From positions 42,568 through 106,567 of the forward strand of contig DATJQP010000034.1 of assembly GCA_035505655.1 (NCBI GenBank): a stretch of DNA of 64,000 nucleotides, read 5' to 3'. Source of the DNA: Bacteroidota bacterium. GTDB taxonomy: Bacteria > Bacteroidota > Ignavibacteria > UBA10030 > UBA8401. Position numbers and translations under genes: made by a program. The stretch's first letter is position 1, and every line of letters starts with the position of its first letter. This document shows, piece after piece, positions 48,006 through 57,571 of this stretch. Under the pieces are notes generated by a model. That model was not told where the DNA came from. It made no database searches and worked only from the letters and a program-made list of their open reading frames with translations.

Positions 48006-48053
48006 AAGCTGAACCCGATGCCGTCGTCACATGTCAAAGAAGGGATACGAACT

Positions 48054-48404
48054 ATGAAGGGTATACCGGGACTCGGGGGAAATATGCAGGGGATGCTGAA
48101 ACAGGTTCAGCAGCTGCAAGAGAAAATGGCGAAGGTGCAGGAGGAACTCGCCCAGAAGACCGTCGTTGCGGAATCGGGGGGCGGGATGGTGAAAGTGACC
48201 GTCAATGGCCGTCATCAGATTCTCAAGATCGCAATCGAGAAAGAGGTCATCAATCCGCAGGAGAGCGAAATGCTCGAGGATCTCATCGTGGCGGCCGTCA
48301 ACAAAGCCCTCGAAGATTCCCACAAGCTGGCCGAGACCGAAATGGCGAAGGTCACGAGCGGACTCCTTCCGAACATCCCGGGACTATCCCTGCCAGGCTT
48401 CTGA
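48054..48404 (+). CDS. ybaB: Nucleoid-associated protein YbaB/EbfC
   Basis: [22 protein letters not shown]...[25 protein letters not shown]. The ybaB-recR pairing is typical. The start is either 48054 or 48018. Confidence 0.85.
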   Translation: MKGIPGLGGNMQGMLKQVQQLQEKMAKVQEELAQKTVVAESGGGMVKVTVNGRHQILKIAIEKEVINPQESEMLEDLIVAAVNKALEDSHKLAETEMAKVTSGLLPNIPGLSLPGF

Positions 48405-49000
48405 TGCGATACACCTCCGAATCGGTCGAACAGCTTGTTGAGGAATTCGCCCAGCTGCCGGGGATCGGGAAGAAGACCGCGCAACGGCTTGCACTGTACG
48501 TCCTGAAGCTCCCGCGAGAGCGCGTCGCGACGTTCGCGCAGGCCCTCCTCAACATCAAGGAGAGGGTGCGATACTGCTCGGTGTGCAGCAACATCACCGA
48601 GAGTGACCCATGCGTCATTTGTTCGAGCCCCAAGCGGAACCGCCGCGTCATTTGCGTTGTCGAGGAACCGAACGACGTGATCGCTCTCGAGAAGACGAAC
48701 GAGTTCAACGGTCTCTATCATGTCCTCGGCGGTGCGCTTTCCCCCCTCGACAACGTCGGTCCCGAGGACCTGAAGGTGCGAGAACTCCTTACGCGCATCA
48801 ACGACGAGACCGAGGAGATCATCCTCGCGATGAACCCGAACGTGGAGGGAGAGACGACGACGATCTATCTGTCGCGGCTGCTGAAGCCGCTCAATGTTCA
48901 TGTCACGCGGATAGCCCGCGGACTTCCCATCGGCGGCGATCTGGAGTTTGCAGATGAAGCGACGTTATCGCGCGCGTTGGAGGGACGTATTGCCCTGTAG
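48404..49000 (+). CDS. recR: Recombination protein RecR
   Basis: 198 aa with the HhH motif [13 protein letters not shown], the zinc finger [17 protein letters not shown] and a Toprim domain. Confidence 0.9.
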   Translation: MRYTSESVEQLVEEFAQLPGIGKKTAQRLALYVLKLPRERVATFAQALLNIKERVRYCSVCSNITESDPCVICSSPKRNRRVICVVEEPNDVIALEKTNEFNGLYHVLGGALSPLDNVGPEDLKVRELLTRINDETEEIILAMNPNVEGETTTIYLSRLLKPLNVHVTRIARGLPIGGDLEFADEATLSRALEGRIAL

Positions 49001-49577
49001 GCGTCTCCCGCTCGTCGGGGTCGCCGTCGCGATCGTTGTTGCGGGCTGCGGCCTCCTCTCGACGCGGGATCCCGAGCCCCCCGTTACCGGCAATGCCGCG
49101 AACCCTCCGGCATTCAGCGCCGAAACGGTCATCTCGAACCTCTCGGCGTCGTTCGCGAACAAGAACGTCAGCGACTATGCCAAGATTTTCGGGGACACTT
49201 CGACCCTGGGCCGGGCGTATGTTTTCGTGCCGACGCAACAAGCCTCGGCGACCTATGCCGGGTTCTTCTCCCATTGGAATGTCGACGCGGAAATGAACTA
49301 TTTCCGGAAGGCGGTTTCGAGCGTCAGCAGTGCGTTCACCCCCGTCGTAAATTTCGGCGCGCCGACCGTCACCCAGTATCATTCGGATTCCACCCTCTAC
49401 GAGGCCGACTATACGGTCTTCATCTCTCCGACAACCTACGAGGGGCATGCGCGCTTCGCGATGATGCCGAACAAAAACACGGGAGTGTGGGCAATCTATC
49501 GGTGGGAAGATTACACATCAACCCAAAGCCCCCAGTCGCCAACATGGAGCGATCTGAAGGGACAGTTCAGCCAATGA
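48954..49577 (+). CDS. Lipoprotein of unknown function (paralogue 1)
   Basis: Signal peptide with the lipobox AIVVAGC. The start is uncertain (ATG 48954 or TTG 48990; both overlap the recR 3' end). The C-terminal motif [11 protein letters not shown] is shared with the next gene. Confidence 0.55.
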   Translation: MKRRYRARWRDVLPCRRLPLVGVAVAIVVAGCGLLSTRDPEPPVTGNAANPPAFSAETVISNLSASFANKNVSDYAKIFGDTSTLGRAYVFVPTQQASATYAGFFSHWNVDAEMNYFRKAVSSVSSAFTPVVNFGAPTVTQYHSDSTLYEADYTVFISPTTYEGHARFAMMPNKNTGVWAIYRWEDYTSTQSPQSPTWSDLKGQFSQ

Positions 49578-50086
49578 GATCGCTCATCCCGGTCCTTCTC
49601 TGTCCCCTCATTTTCTGCGGATGTCTCAACCCGTTCGCACCCGCTCTCGAAAGTTCCAGCGGCGCAGGCGGCTCCATCCTTGGGGACCAACACACCGTCG
49701 ACGGGGTATTTCAAAACTTCAAAGAGTCGTATCTTTTCAAGGATACGACGGTCTATGGGCAGGTGCTGGCCCCCGACTTCATTTTTGTCTACCGAGATTA
49801 CGATCTTGGCGTCGATGTTTTCTGGGGAAGGGACGACGATATGAGGACAACGAACGGCCTCTTTCAGAATGCGCAGAGCCTCGACCTTGTCTGGAACAAC
49901 ACCATCCCGATCACGGGCGACACGACCGACGTCAAGGTCAACGTGACGCGCAACTTCAACCTCACCGTCACCTTCAGTCCGACGGACATCGTACGGATCG
50001 ACGGCTACGCGAGTCTGACCCTCGAGCGGGCCACTTCGAGGGACGTCTGGCGGATCGGCCGGTGGGACGATCAGTCAAACTATTAA
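49574..50086 (+). CDS. Lipoprotein of unknown function (paralogue 2)
   Basis: The ATG at 49574 makes an ATGA overlap with the preceding stop. The signal peptide is [17 protein letters not shown]. The C-terminal motif is VWRIGRWDDQS. Confidence 0.6.
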   Translation: MRSLIPVLLCPLIFCGCLNPFAPALESSSGAGGSILGDQHTVDGVFQNFKESYLFKDTTVYGQVLAPDFIFVYRDYDLGVDVFWGRDDDMRTTNGLFQNAQSLDLVWNNTIPITGDTTDVKVNVTRNFNLTVTFSPTDIVRIDGYASLTLERATSRDVWRIGRWDDQSNY

Positions 50087-50097
50087 CCGGAGATCGA

Positions 50098-50946
50098 GTG
50101 AAGCGGCGTTCTACAGCGACCAAAATCTCTTATCAGGGGGAGCCGGGAGCCTTCAGCGAGCAGGCGGCCCGTTCATTCTTCGGCAAACGCTGCGTCACTG
50201 TCGCGCGCGAATCGTTCCGCGAGATCTTTGATGACGTCTCCGCCGGGAAATCGGTCTACGCAATGGTTCCGATCGAGAATTCGCTCCACGGAAGCGTTCC
50301 TCAGAATTACGACCTTCTCTGGAAGCACAGGCTCTTCATTGTCGGAGAACTCAAACTCCGCATTTCGATGAACCTCCTCGCCCTTCCGGGGACGAAGCTC
50401 AAGAACCTCGCGGCCGTCTATTCTCACCCACAGGCCCTCGGGCAGTGTGAGAGGTTCCTCACTTCCCTGAAGGGGGTGGAGATCAACCCTTTCTACGACA
50501 CTGCCGGCGCGGCCAAGATGATTGCGATGGAAGGAAGGTCTGACGCCGCCGCCGTCGCAAGCTCTCAGGCAGCGGCAGACTACGGACTGGCCATCCTCCG
50601 GGCGGGGATCGAAAACGATCACAGGAACTTCACCCGATTCCTTGTGGTCGCGAAGAAAGAGTCACATCCACGCCGGCGTCCCAAAACGTCGGTGATCTTC
50701 GCGACCAAGAACGTACCCGGCGCTCTCTTCAAATGTCTCTCGGCCTTCGCGTTGCGCAACATCAACCTGCTGAAGATCGAATCGCGGCCCCTTGTCGGTG
50801 CGCCGTGGGAATATCTTTTCTACGTCGACATCGAAGGGGATGCCCGGAGCGAGGAGTGCGTCAACGCCCTTGCCCACCTCCGGGAGTTAACATCCAGCTA
50901 TCGGTTTCTGGGATCGTATGAAACCGGGAACATCGTGCACCCATAG
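50098..50946 (+). CDS. pheA: Prephenate dehydratase with a C-terminal ACT domain
   Basis: KISYQGEPGAFSEQAA, VPIENSLHGSV, TRFLVV and an ACT domain. The GTG start at 50098 has GGAG 5 nt upstream. The track ORF (49621..) is extended artificially over the lipoprotein gene. Confidence 0.8.
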   Translation: MKRRSTATKISYQGEPGAFSEQAARSFFGKRCVTVARESFREIFDDVSAGKSVYAMVPIENSLHGSVPQNYDLLWKHRLFIVGELKLRISMNLLALPGTKLKNLAAVYSHPQALGQCERFLTSLKGVEINPFYDTAGAAKMIAMEGRSDAAAVASSQAAADYGLAILRAGIENDHRNFTRFLVVAKKESHPRRRPKTSVIFATKNVPGALFKCLSAFALRNINLLKIESRPLVGAPWEYLFYVDIEGDARSEECVNALAHLRELTSSYRFLGSYETGNIVHP

Positions 50947-51000
50947 CGCCGGCGCACCGGGAGCAATCATCGGCGAACCTTCAACACCGGCAGGACTGCA

Positions 51001-51885
51001 ATGAACTTTTTCTACATACTCAAAGAAGGGATCTCCGGGTTCACCCGCGCCCGTCTTTCGATGGTGATTTCAATTTTCACCATCACCATTTCGCTCATTC
51101 TTCTGGGGCTTTTTACGATCGTCTTCCGAAACACCAATCAGATTGTCGAGTCGTTCCGGGACCGGGTGGAGATGGAGGCCTTCCTCGAAGAGCCAGTGAC
51201 CCCCGAAACCGCCCCCCTCATCGAGAAGAAGATTCTTGCGATCCCGGGGATCAAGCAGGTGAGGTACATCTCCAAGGACGAAGCCGCGAAGATCTTCAAG
51301 GATCAGTACGGGGAGGATATCCACAACATCCTCGACTTCAATCCTCTTCCCCCCTCGTTCAAGATCTATCTCGATCAGGAGTACAAGAATTCGGACAGCG
51401 CAAAGGTGGTCTACGCAATGCTGAAGCAGGTCGGCGGTGTCGACGACGTCATCTATCGAAAAACGCTCCTCGAACTTCTCGACCGGCGCGCCCAACTCTT
51501 CGCCATGGGCAGCCTCGCGGCGGGGATCGCGCTTCTCATCACCGCGGTGTTTCTCGTCTCGAATACCATCCGGCTCGCCATTTACGCGAAGCGAAAGATC
51601 ATCGTAACGATGAAGCTCGTCGGAGCGACGCGTATGTTCATCCGGCTCCCCTTTCTGGTGGAAGGGATCATCCAGGGGATCCTCGGCGGTGCCTTCTCGT
51701 CCATCTTTATCTACTTTGTGGTCGACTACGCCTCGAAACTCTTCGGCGGCGACCTTGCGCCGATCGTCTACGTCGAGCCGGTCTTCTATCTCATCGTCAT
51801 CGTTGCCGGAACACTTCTCGGTTTCTTTGGAAGCATCATTTCGGTCCGGAAATTTATCACGGAAAGCGTTGTTCTTGCCGCCTGA
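51001..51885 (+). CDS. ftsX: Cell-division permease-like protein FtsX
   Basis: 294 aa with an N-terminal TM helix, a periplasmic domain and three C-terminal TM helices. The pattern MNFFYILKEGISGFTRARLSM is typical of FtsX. Confidence 0.8.
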   Translation: MNFFYILKEGISGFTRARLSMVISIFTITISLILLGLFTIVFRNTNQIVESFRDRVEMEAFLEEPVTPETAPLIEKKILAIPGIKQVRYISKDEAAKIFKDQYGEDIHNILDFNPLPPSFKIYLDQEYKNSDSAKVVYAMLKQVGGVDDVIYRKTLLELLDRRAQLFAMGSLAAGIALLITAVFLVSNTIRLAIYAKRKIIVTMKLVGATRMFIRLPFLVEGIIQGILGGAFSSIFIYFVVDYASKLFGGDLAPIVYVEPVFYLIVIVAGTLLGFFGSIISVRKFITESVVLAA

Positions 51886-52033
51886 GAGCCACGCGGACAT
51901 GCGGCGCCATGTTGAGATTATGTCACCTGTTTCATACATTGTTATCATCTCAGTTCCTCGTCCGCCGTCACGGTGGCGTGGCGGGTTTGCCGCGGCGAGA
52001 ACTTCATCCCTGCCATAAAGGAGCACACGTCGA

Positions 52034-52447
52034 ATGTCGAGCAACTATCCCGCACGCGGGTGGGCGAGAGTCCTTCTGACGTATCACAAATTTTCCGGAA
52101 GCTGGGCATGGGTCCTTCATCGAATTACCGGGCTCGTCCTTACCGGGTACATCATGCTGCACATCTTTGCGTTGATGTCGCTGCAGAAAGGAAAAGCGGC
52201 GTTCGACTCGGAGATGCAGCTTTTTCGCACGCCGGTCTTCCTCTTTCTCGAGTGGCTCTTGTTTGCCTTTCTGCTGTTCCATGCCTTGAACGGCATCCGC
52301 ATCGTTCTCGTCGACCTCGCGGAAGGCGCCCGGTATCATAAGCAGTTGTACTACGCAGTCGTCATTATCGGCCTCATCCTGTTTCTCGGCATGGGATATA
52401 TCATGTTTTCGCAGGACACTGTCCACGCCGTCGCAGCGGTGAAGTGA
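52034..52447 (+). CDS. sdhC: Succinate dehydrogenase/fumarate reductase cytochrome b subunit
   Basis: 137 aa with 3 TM helices and HRITGLVL...MLH heme-ligand His. First gene of the sdhCDAB order. Confidence 0.75.
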   Translation: MSSNYPARGWARVLLTYHKFSGSWAWVLHRITGLVLTGYIMLHIFALMSLQKGKAAFDSEMQLFRTPVFLFLEWLLFAFLLFHALNGIRIVLVDLAEGARYHKQLYYAVVIIGLILFLGMGYIMFSQDTVHAVAAVK

Positions 52448-52477
52448 AGCATCTATTTGCCTGGAAGGATCACTTCT

Positions 52478-52831
52478 ATGTCGTCAAAGTACTACGGATC
52501 ACGGGGATCGGGGGCGCCCGCCTGGTATCTGCAGCGAGTCACCGGGATGGTGCTCTTCGTCGTGGCGATCGGGCACTACATCCTCATGCATTACCATCTC
52601 GATTCCGGACACACCTACGATGCCGTCCTTGCGAGGATGCAGAACCCGCTTTACAAGGCGCTTCAGATTTCCTTTGTCGTCCTCGGCCTCTATCATGGTC
52701 TTGCGGGAACGTGGAGCATCTTCCGCGATTACCGCATGCCCGCATGGGCAAGCTGGACGATCTTGGGTATGCTTTATCTCGCCGGCGTCGTTTTCGGCTC
52801 TCTCGGGGTCGCCACGATCCTCTCGTTTTAG
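52478..52831 (+). CDS. sdhD: Succinate dehydrogenase membrane anchor subunit
   Basis: 3-TM small protein (WYLQRVTGMVLFVVAIGHY). I chose the ATG at 52478, preceded by GGAAGG; the track start at 52457 is a TTG. Confidence 0.65.
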   Translation: MSSKYYGSRGSGAPAWYLQRVTGMVLFVVAIGHYILMHYHLDSGHTYDAVLARMQNPLYKALQISFVVLGLYHGLAGTWSIFRDYRMPAWASWTILGMLYLAGVVFGSLGVATILSF

Positions 52832-52908
52832 TGTTGCGGCCGGGCGGGAAACGGGAACTCGCCTTCCCCCCGCTCAGGTCGTGTTGAATCTTTCTCTTGG
52901 AGCTCTCA

Positions 52909-54663
52909 ATGGTGCATACATTCGATGTCGTGATTGTCGGGGCTGGAGGCGCGGGGTTGCGGGCCGCCCTCGAAATTCCGCAGGGCTACAGTTGCGCGGT
53001 ACTCTCGAAGGTCTATCCTTCCCGGTCGCACACCGGGACCGCGCAAGGAGGAGTGTGCGCGGCGCTGGCAAACGAGGAGGAGGATTCGTGGGAATGGCAT
53101 ATGTTCGACACCGTGAAGGGAAGCGATTACCTCGGAGATCAGGATTCGATCGAGATCATGTGCCGGGACGCCGTGCGGGCGATCATCGAGCTTGAGCACA
53201 TGGGCCTTCCCTTCTCGAGAACACCGGAAGGCAAAATTGCGCAGAGGAAATTCGGCGGTCACACCCGTCCCGAAAATCCAGCCGATCCGAACTCGAAGCG
53301 CGTTGCCGTACGTCGCGCCTGCTACTCGGCCGACAGGACTGGACATGTGATGCTCCACACCCTCTTCGAGAACTGTATCAGGCAGGGGGTTCATTTCTAC
53401 AACGAGTTCTTTGTCACCGACCTGATCATGAACAAGGGGGTCTGCTGCGGGATCGTCGCCATGGAAGCTGGGACCGGGGAGCTTCATGTGTTCCATGCCC
53501 GGGCGGTCATGTTTGCCACCGGCGGATATGGGCGGGCCTTCCGCATCACTTCGAATGCCCTCATAGGGACGGGCGATGGCTGCAACATCGCGTACGAGAA
53601 CGAGATTCCGCTTGAAGACATGGAGTTCTTCCAGTTCCATCCCACCGGCCTTTGGAAGCTTGGGATTCTCATTTCGGAGGCAGCGCGCGGCGAGGGGGGT
53701 ATTCTCCGGAACAACTCCGGGGAGCGATTTATGGAGCGCTACGCGCCGACGGTGAAGGATCTTGCGCCGCGTGACATGGTCTCAAGGGCCATCTATACGG
53801 AGATCAAAGAGGGACGGGGAATTAAAGGGAGCGACGGGACATACTACGTCCACCTTGACCTCACCCATCTGGGCGAACAAACGATCCGGGAAAAGATCCC
53901 CGAGATCACCGGGTTCGCGAGGACATACCTCGGCGTTGAGCCGCTCAAAGAGCCGATCCCAATTCAGCCGACCGCGCACTACGCGATGGGCGGAATTCCA
54001 ACCGACAATGACGCGCGGGTCCTGGTGAACGCAAAGGGAAAAGTCCTCCCAGGGTTCTATGCCGCCGGGGAATGCGCCTGCGTCTCGGTCCATGGGGCGA
54101 ACCGGCTCGGGACCAACTCGCTCCTCGACATCATTGTCTTCGGTCGAAGGGGCGGGAAGGCGATCGCCAAGTATCTTCAGGAAGCAGACTTCACTCCCCT
54201 CCCCCATGAGCCGGAGGCAAAAACGAAGCAGACCATCGACGGCATCCTGACGAGCAAAGGGAGCGAGAATGTTTCCCAGATCAGGGTGAAACTTCAGGAG
54301 ACGATGATGGATCAATGCTCCGTCTACAGGGAGGCGAAGACCATGAAAGAGCTTGTCGGCAGTGTTCACGAGCTCAGAAACCGGTATAAGAAGATCACCA
54401 TCGCGGATCACGGGAAGAAGTTCAATACGGAGCTCATGGAGGCGATCGAACTGAGAAACCTCCTCGGCACGGCGGAGACGATCGCCGTGTCGGCCCTCAA
54501 CCGTCAGGAAAGCCGCGGCGCCCACGCGCGGGTCGACTTCCCCAAGCGTGACGACAAGAAGTGGCTGAAGCACACCTTCATCCACTACAACGGCGGCCAT
54601 CCGAAAATCTCATACAAGCCGGTCGTCATCACGAAGTTCCAGCCCAAGGAGAGAGTGTATTAA
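52909..54663 (+). CDS. sdhA: Succinate dehydrogenase/fumarate reductase flavoprotein subunit
   Basis: FDVVIVGAGGAGLRAA, SRSHTGTAQGG (FAD-linking His), HPTG and RGEGG. I trimmed the start to the ATG at 52909. Confidence 0.95.
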   Translation: MVHTFDVVIVGAGGAGLRAALEIPQGYSCAVLSKVYPSRSHTGTAQGGVCAALANEEEDSWEWHMFDTVKGSDYLGDQDSIEIMCRDAVRAIIELEHMGLPFSRTPEGKIAQRKFGGHTRPENPADPNSKRVAVRRACYSADRTGHVMLHTLFENCIRQGVHFYNEFFVTDLIMNKGVCCGIVAMEAGTGELHVFHARAVMFATGGYGRAFRITSNALIGTGDGCNIAYENEIPLEDMEFFQFHPTGLWKLGILISEAARGEGGILRNNSGERFMERYAPTVKDLAPRDMVSRAIYTEIKEGRGIKGSDGTYYVHLDLTHLGEQTIREKIPEITGFARTYLGVEPLKEPIPIQPTAHYAMGGIPTDNDARVLVNAKGKVLPGFYAAGECACVSVHGANRLGTNSLLDIIVFGRRGGKAIAKYLQEADFTPLPHEPEAKTKQTIDGILTSKGSENVSQIRVKLQETMMDQCSVYREAKTMKELVGSVHELRNRYKKITIADHGKKFNTELMEAIELRNLLGTAETIAVSALNRQESRGAHARVDFPKRDDKKWLKHTFIHYNGGHPKISYKPVVITKFQPKERVY

Positions 54664-54703
54664 TCAACGATAGGGGCAGGCTCCTGTCGGAAAGGACAAT
54701 TCC

Positions 54704-55411
54704 ATGCAGGTAACTTTTCGGATCCAGAAATACAACCCTGAGACGGACACGGCACCGCATTATAAGGAGTATCTCGTCGATGACGTCGATGAATCGTGGC
54801 GGGTTCTCGACGTCCTCGAGAAGATCAAGGGTTCGCTCGACGGAACTCTCACCTACAGGCGTTCGTGCGCCCACGGGGTCTGCGGGTCGGATGGCATGAG
54901 GATCAACGGCAGGAACAGGCTGGCGTGCTCCATCCTCCTGAAGGATCTAGATTTCCGGCATGTCGTCACCCTCGAGCCTCTCCCTTCGATGCCGATTATC
55001 AAGGATCTCGTCGTTGACCTGACCGATTTCTACAAGAAATACGAACTCGTAAAGCCGTACCTCATCACCAAGACAAACCCACCGGAGACGGAACGGCTCC
55101 AAAGCAACGAAGACGCGGAGAAGCTCTTTGAGTCGGCGAAATGCATCCTCTGCGCCTGCTGTTCGACTTCGTGCCCTTCGCTATGGACCAACGAGAATTA
55201 CCTCGGCCCGGCGGCGCTTCTCAAGGCCTACCGATTCGCCTTCGACACGCGGGACGAGGCGGGGGATGAGCGGCTCAACATCATCGACACGCAAGACGGC
55301 GTATGGCGTTGTCACACCATCTTCAATTGCATTGAAGCCTGCCCGAAGGAGATCAACATCACGTGGCACATCTCGCAGCTGAAGAAGGCGATGGTGAATC
55401 GGGAAATCTGA
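54704..55411 (+). CDS. sdhB: Succinate dehydrogenase/fumarate reductase iron-sulfur subunit
   Basis: 235 aa with Cys clusters CAHGVCGSDGMRING...C (2Fe-2S), CILCACCSTSCP (4Fe-4S) and CHTIFNCIEACP (3Fe-4S). Confidence 0.95.
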   Translation: MQVTFRIQKYNPETDTAPHYKEYLVDDVDESWRVLDVLEKIKGSLDGTLTYRRSCAHGVCGSDGMRINGRNRLACSILLKDLDFRHVVTLEPLPSMPIIKDLVVDLTDFYKKYELVKPYLITKTNPPETERLQSNEDAEKLFESAKCILCACCSTSCPSLWTNENYLGPAALLKAYRFAFDTRDEAGDERLNIIDTQDGVWRCHTIFNCIEACPKEINITWHISQLKKAMVNREI

Positions 55412-55495
55412 GAGAGCAAGAGAGAAGAGAAAAGAAAGAAAGCCGGGCGACGAGATGTCCGGGCTCGCATGGCGCGGGGAAAGGTCAAAGAATAC

Positions 55496-55530
55496 AAAAA
55501 GGCTGGAGCGAAACGCATCCAGCCTTTTTT
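55496..55530. terminator. Bidirectional rho-independent terminator between sdhB and the convergent DUF3300-like gene
   Basis: aaaaaggctgga (55496-55507) / tccagccttttt (55518-55529) with a 10-nt loop. There is a T-run on both strands. Confidence 0.8.
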
Positions 55531-55548
55531 ATTTTGATTGCGAGAAGC

Positions 55549-57330
55549 CTAATTGTTCCTGGACTTGCTCGGAGCTGGTGCTGGCCGCGGAGGAGGTGGC
55601 GATTGAATCCGTGGTTGCTGAGGCTGCGGCCGCGGTTGCTGAACCTGCGGCTGCGGACGGGCCGCCGGCTGAGTTTGCTCCCACATATTCCGCTGGTATT
55701 CCTGGGCCCGATGAATTGTGTCGAAGTTGTACGTCGGCTGCGGGGCCGGGCGCGCTTGTACCTGCCGGTCGACCTGCTGCGCGGGCCGGGGCCGGACTGT
55801 CGTGATCGGAGGATTCACAGTGCTCGGCGGGGGCGCCTGGTCCACCCCGCTTTTAGTTCCGGGGCGCGCGGTCGACGGCGGCGGAGTCGGTGGAGTCATT
55901 CGAACCTGATCTACCTTCTCGGGCGGCTTCACGACAAACCGGCTCGGCGAGGAGCCGAGGACAGGCATCATATCGACTCTGCCTGGCGGCTGCTTCACCG
56001 GCCGAGGTATCTCCTCATCTGCCGTCCGGGTACCTGCGTCGACGGTAGCGTGACGCGGAGCGACGAGAGCCGAAAACTTGCCTGCGTTCTTCGAGTAGTA
56101 ATCGGACCGCGTACGCGAATCAACCGGCGTCCCGTTGGTGCTTGCATCGATGTCGAGTGATGCGAGCTGACGGATCGTCTCTACCCGTCGCGTCCTGTTC
56201 TTCGTGAAATCGGGGGGAAGATAATCCTTACGCTGATGGACCCAGTTGTGAACGATGCGGCTGCTGCCCCCCGGGCTCCTTCCGCGGCCATAGTAGTGAT
56301 CGATGTACGTGTCGCAGAGGTGAGGATAGCGGCGGACATGTTCCGGGTAGTAAAAATACCAGTTGGTGAAATACCGTGAGGGAGAGCCGAAGATGACGAT
56401 GTGTCCCCTCCTGTCGTGATAGAACCCGCAGTCGAACCAAAACGGATACGGGTACCAATAGTCGTACGGGTACCAGGTCGGGTAACCGAACCAGTACGGA
56501 TAAGGATAGCAGACGTAGGTCGTGACATATTGCGGGTCGGGCGCGGCATCGACCTCCTGCTGGGTGTAGCCGTTCTCGCTCGCATAATCGTCGGCCGCTT
56601 TGTTCAATTCGGCCTCCGCATCGGGGTCGCTTTCGACCGTCTCCTTCCACGCCTCAGCATCGACGGTATTCTGGCGGGTCTGGGCAAGGTTCAGCGAGTC
56701 GGCCTTTCGAATGAGCGCCTGCGGATCCCGGCGATAACTGTCGCCGACCCGGACAGTAAGGCCGAGGTGATCGTTGAGGAGGTTGATGACTTCGGGGTAT
56801 TGCAGTAGTTCTTTCAACGATTGCTGGGTTGTCTCCGGGTAGTCCCCGAGAATCTGGTCGAACATCGAGTCCGTTTTGTTCTGGATGGAATCCATTTCCC
56901 GGAGGAGGTCGTAATAGTCGATCCCGTATTGCATCGCCGTTTGGCGGATATCCTCGGGATAGTCCTTCAGAATCGTCGTGATTTTGTCGGCCGATTTGTC
57001 CCCCTCCTCCGCCAGTCGCGAAATGAGGCCGGGATACCGGCTAAGGTTCCAGAAATTCTCCTGCTCCTCTTTCGTGTAGCTGGTGACGAGCTGAGAAAAT
57101 TCCTCGCTGGAATTCTTCTGGAGACTCGCGATGCTGGCGATCGCGGAGGGATATTTGCAGGCCTCGAAGATATCGAGACGGATCGTGTCGGGGTACATGA
57201 CGAGGGCATTGATCGCGGCGGAGTCCTCCTTCATCAAATGCTTCTTGGACGCAGTTCCCTCCTGGGCAAAGGCGGAGGTGCCGAGAGCGGCAAACGCAAG
57301 CAGCAGGACTAATCGTTCGACGGGTTTCAT
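55549..57330 (-). CDS. Secreted DUF3300-like protein with an aromatic (Y/W/P) cluster and a Pro/Gln-rich tail
   Basis: I trimmed the start to the ATG at 57330 (GAAGGAGG upstream; signal peptide MKPVERLVLLLAFAALGTSAFA). It has DUF3300-like LVMYPDTIRLDIFEACKYPSAI, then YVCYPYPYWFGYPTWYPYDYWYPYPFWFDCGFY. The C-terminal ~150 aa are P/Q/R-rich. Confidence 0.5.
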   Translation of the reverse strand: MKPVERLVLLLAFAALGTSAFAQEGTASKKHLMKEDSAAINALVMYPDTIRLDIFEACKYPSAIASIASLQKNSSEEFSQLVTSYTKEEQENFWNLSRYPGLISRLAEEGDKSADKITTILKDYPEDIRQTAMQYGIDYYDLLREMDSIQNKTDSMFDQILGDYPETTQQSLKELLQYPEVINLLNDHLGLTVRVGDSYRRDPQALIRKADSLNLAQTRQNTVDAEAWKETVESDPDAEAELNKAADDYASENGYTQQEVDAAPDPQYVTTYVCYPYPYWFGYPTWYPYDYWYPYPFWFDCGFYHDRRGHIVIFGSPSRYFTNWYFYYPEHVRRYPHLCDTYIDHYYGRGRSPGGSSRIVHNWVHQRKDYLPPDFTKNRTRRVETIRQLASLDIDASTNGTPVDSRTRSDYYSKNAGKFSALVAPRHATVDAGTRTADEEIPRPVKQPPGRVDMMPVLGSSPSRFVVKPPEKVDQVRMTPPTPPPSTARPGTKSGVDQAPPPSTVNPPITTVRPRPAQQVDRQVQARPAPQPTYNFDTIHRAQEYQRNMWEQTQPAARPQPQVQQPRPQPQQPRIQSPPPPRPAPAPSKSRNN

Positions 57331-57571
57331 GATCGTGCACCTCCTTCGCAATACTCCGGGCTGAAACGCACGGGGTTGTGGGTCATTGTGCATCCTGCCA
57401 GAAATTTCCGGCTTTCGGCTCTCGCAAATCATCCTCCCTCCATCCACCTCTTTGGACAATCCCACCCCTCCCTGAGTTTACCGGGAGAACGCCGCCGACA
57501 GCCCCCACCGTCGATCCGAAAACCCACCCAGAAAAAGGTTGGCGATGAACGACGTTTCCGAGAAAGTCCTT

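Noticed and set aside
49621-50946. 441-aa ORF in the track, implying a much longer PheA
   Set aside because: The first ~159 codons overlap the lipoprotein gene (49574-50086) in another frame and look like translated noise (Arg/Pro/His-rich). Prephenate dehydratase similarity begins at the GTG at 50098, which has a GGAG RBS.
55560-55900. Repetitive-looking DNA (ggctgcgg/ccgcggttgctg units), considered as a tandem repeat or mobile-element remnant
   Set aside because: It is the coding sequence of the Pro/Gln/Arg-rich C-terminal tail of the DUF3300-like protein. The frame stays open and the repeats are imperfect, so this is low-complexity coding DNA rather than a structured DNA repeat.
57331-57571. 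240-bp leader upstream of the DUF3300-like gene, inspected for a riboswitch or terminator (imperfect palindrome ccagaaatttccgg; weak hairpin plus a T-run after the cyclase stop)
   Set aside because: The stems are short (5-6 bp) with mismatches, and I could not match any riboswitch class I know. I mention it only as context in the DUF3300 finding.
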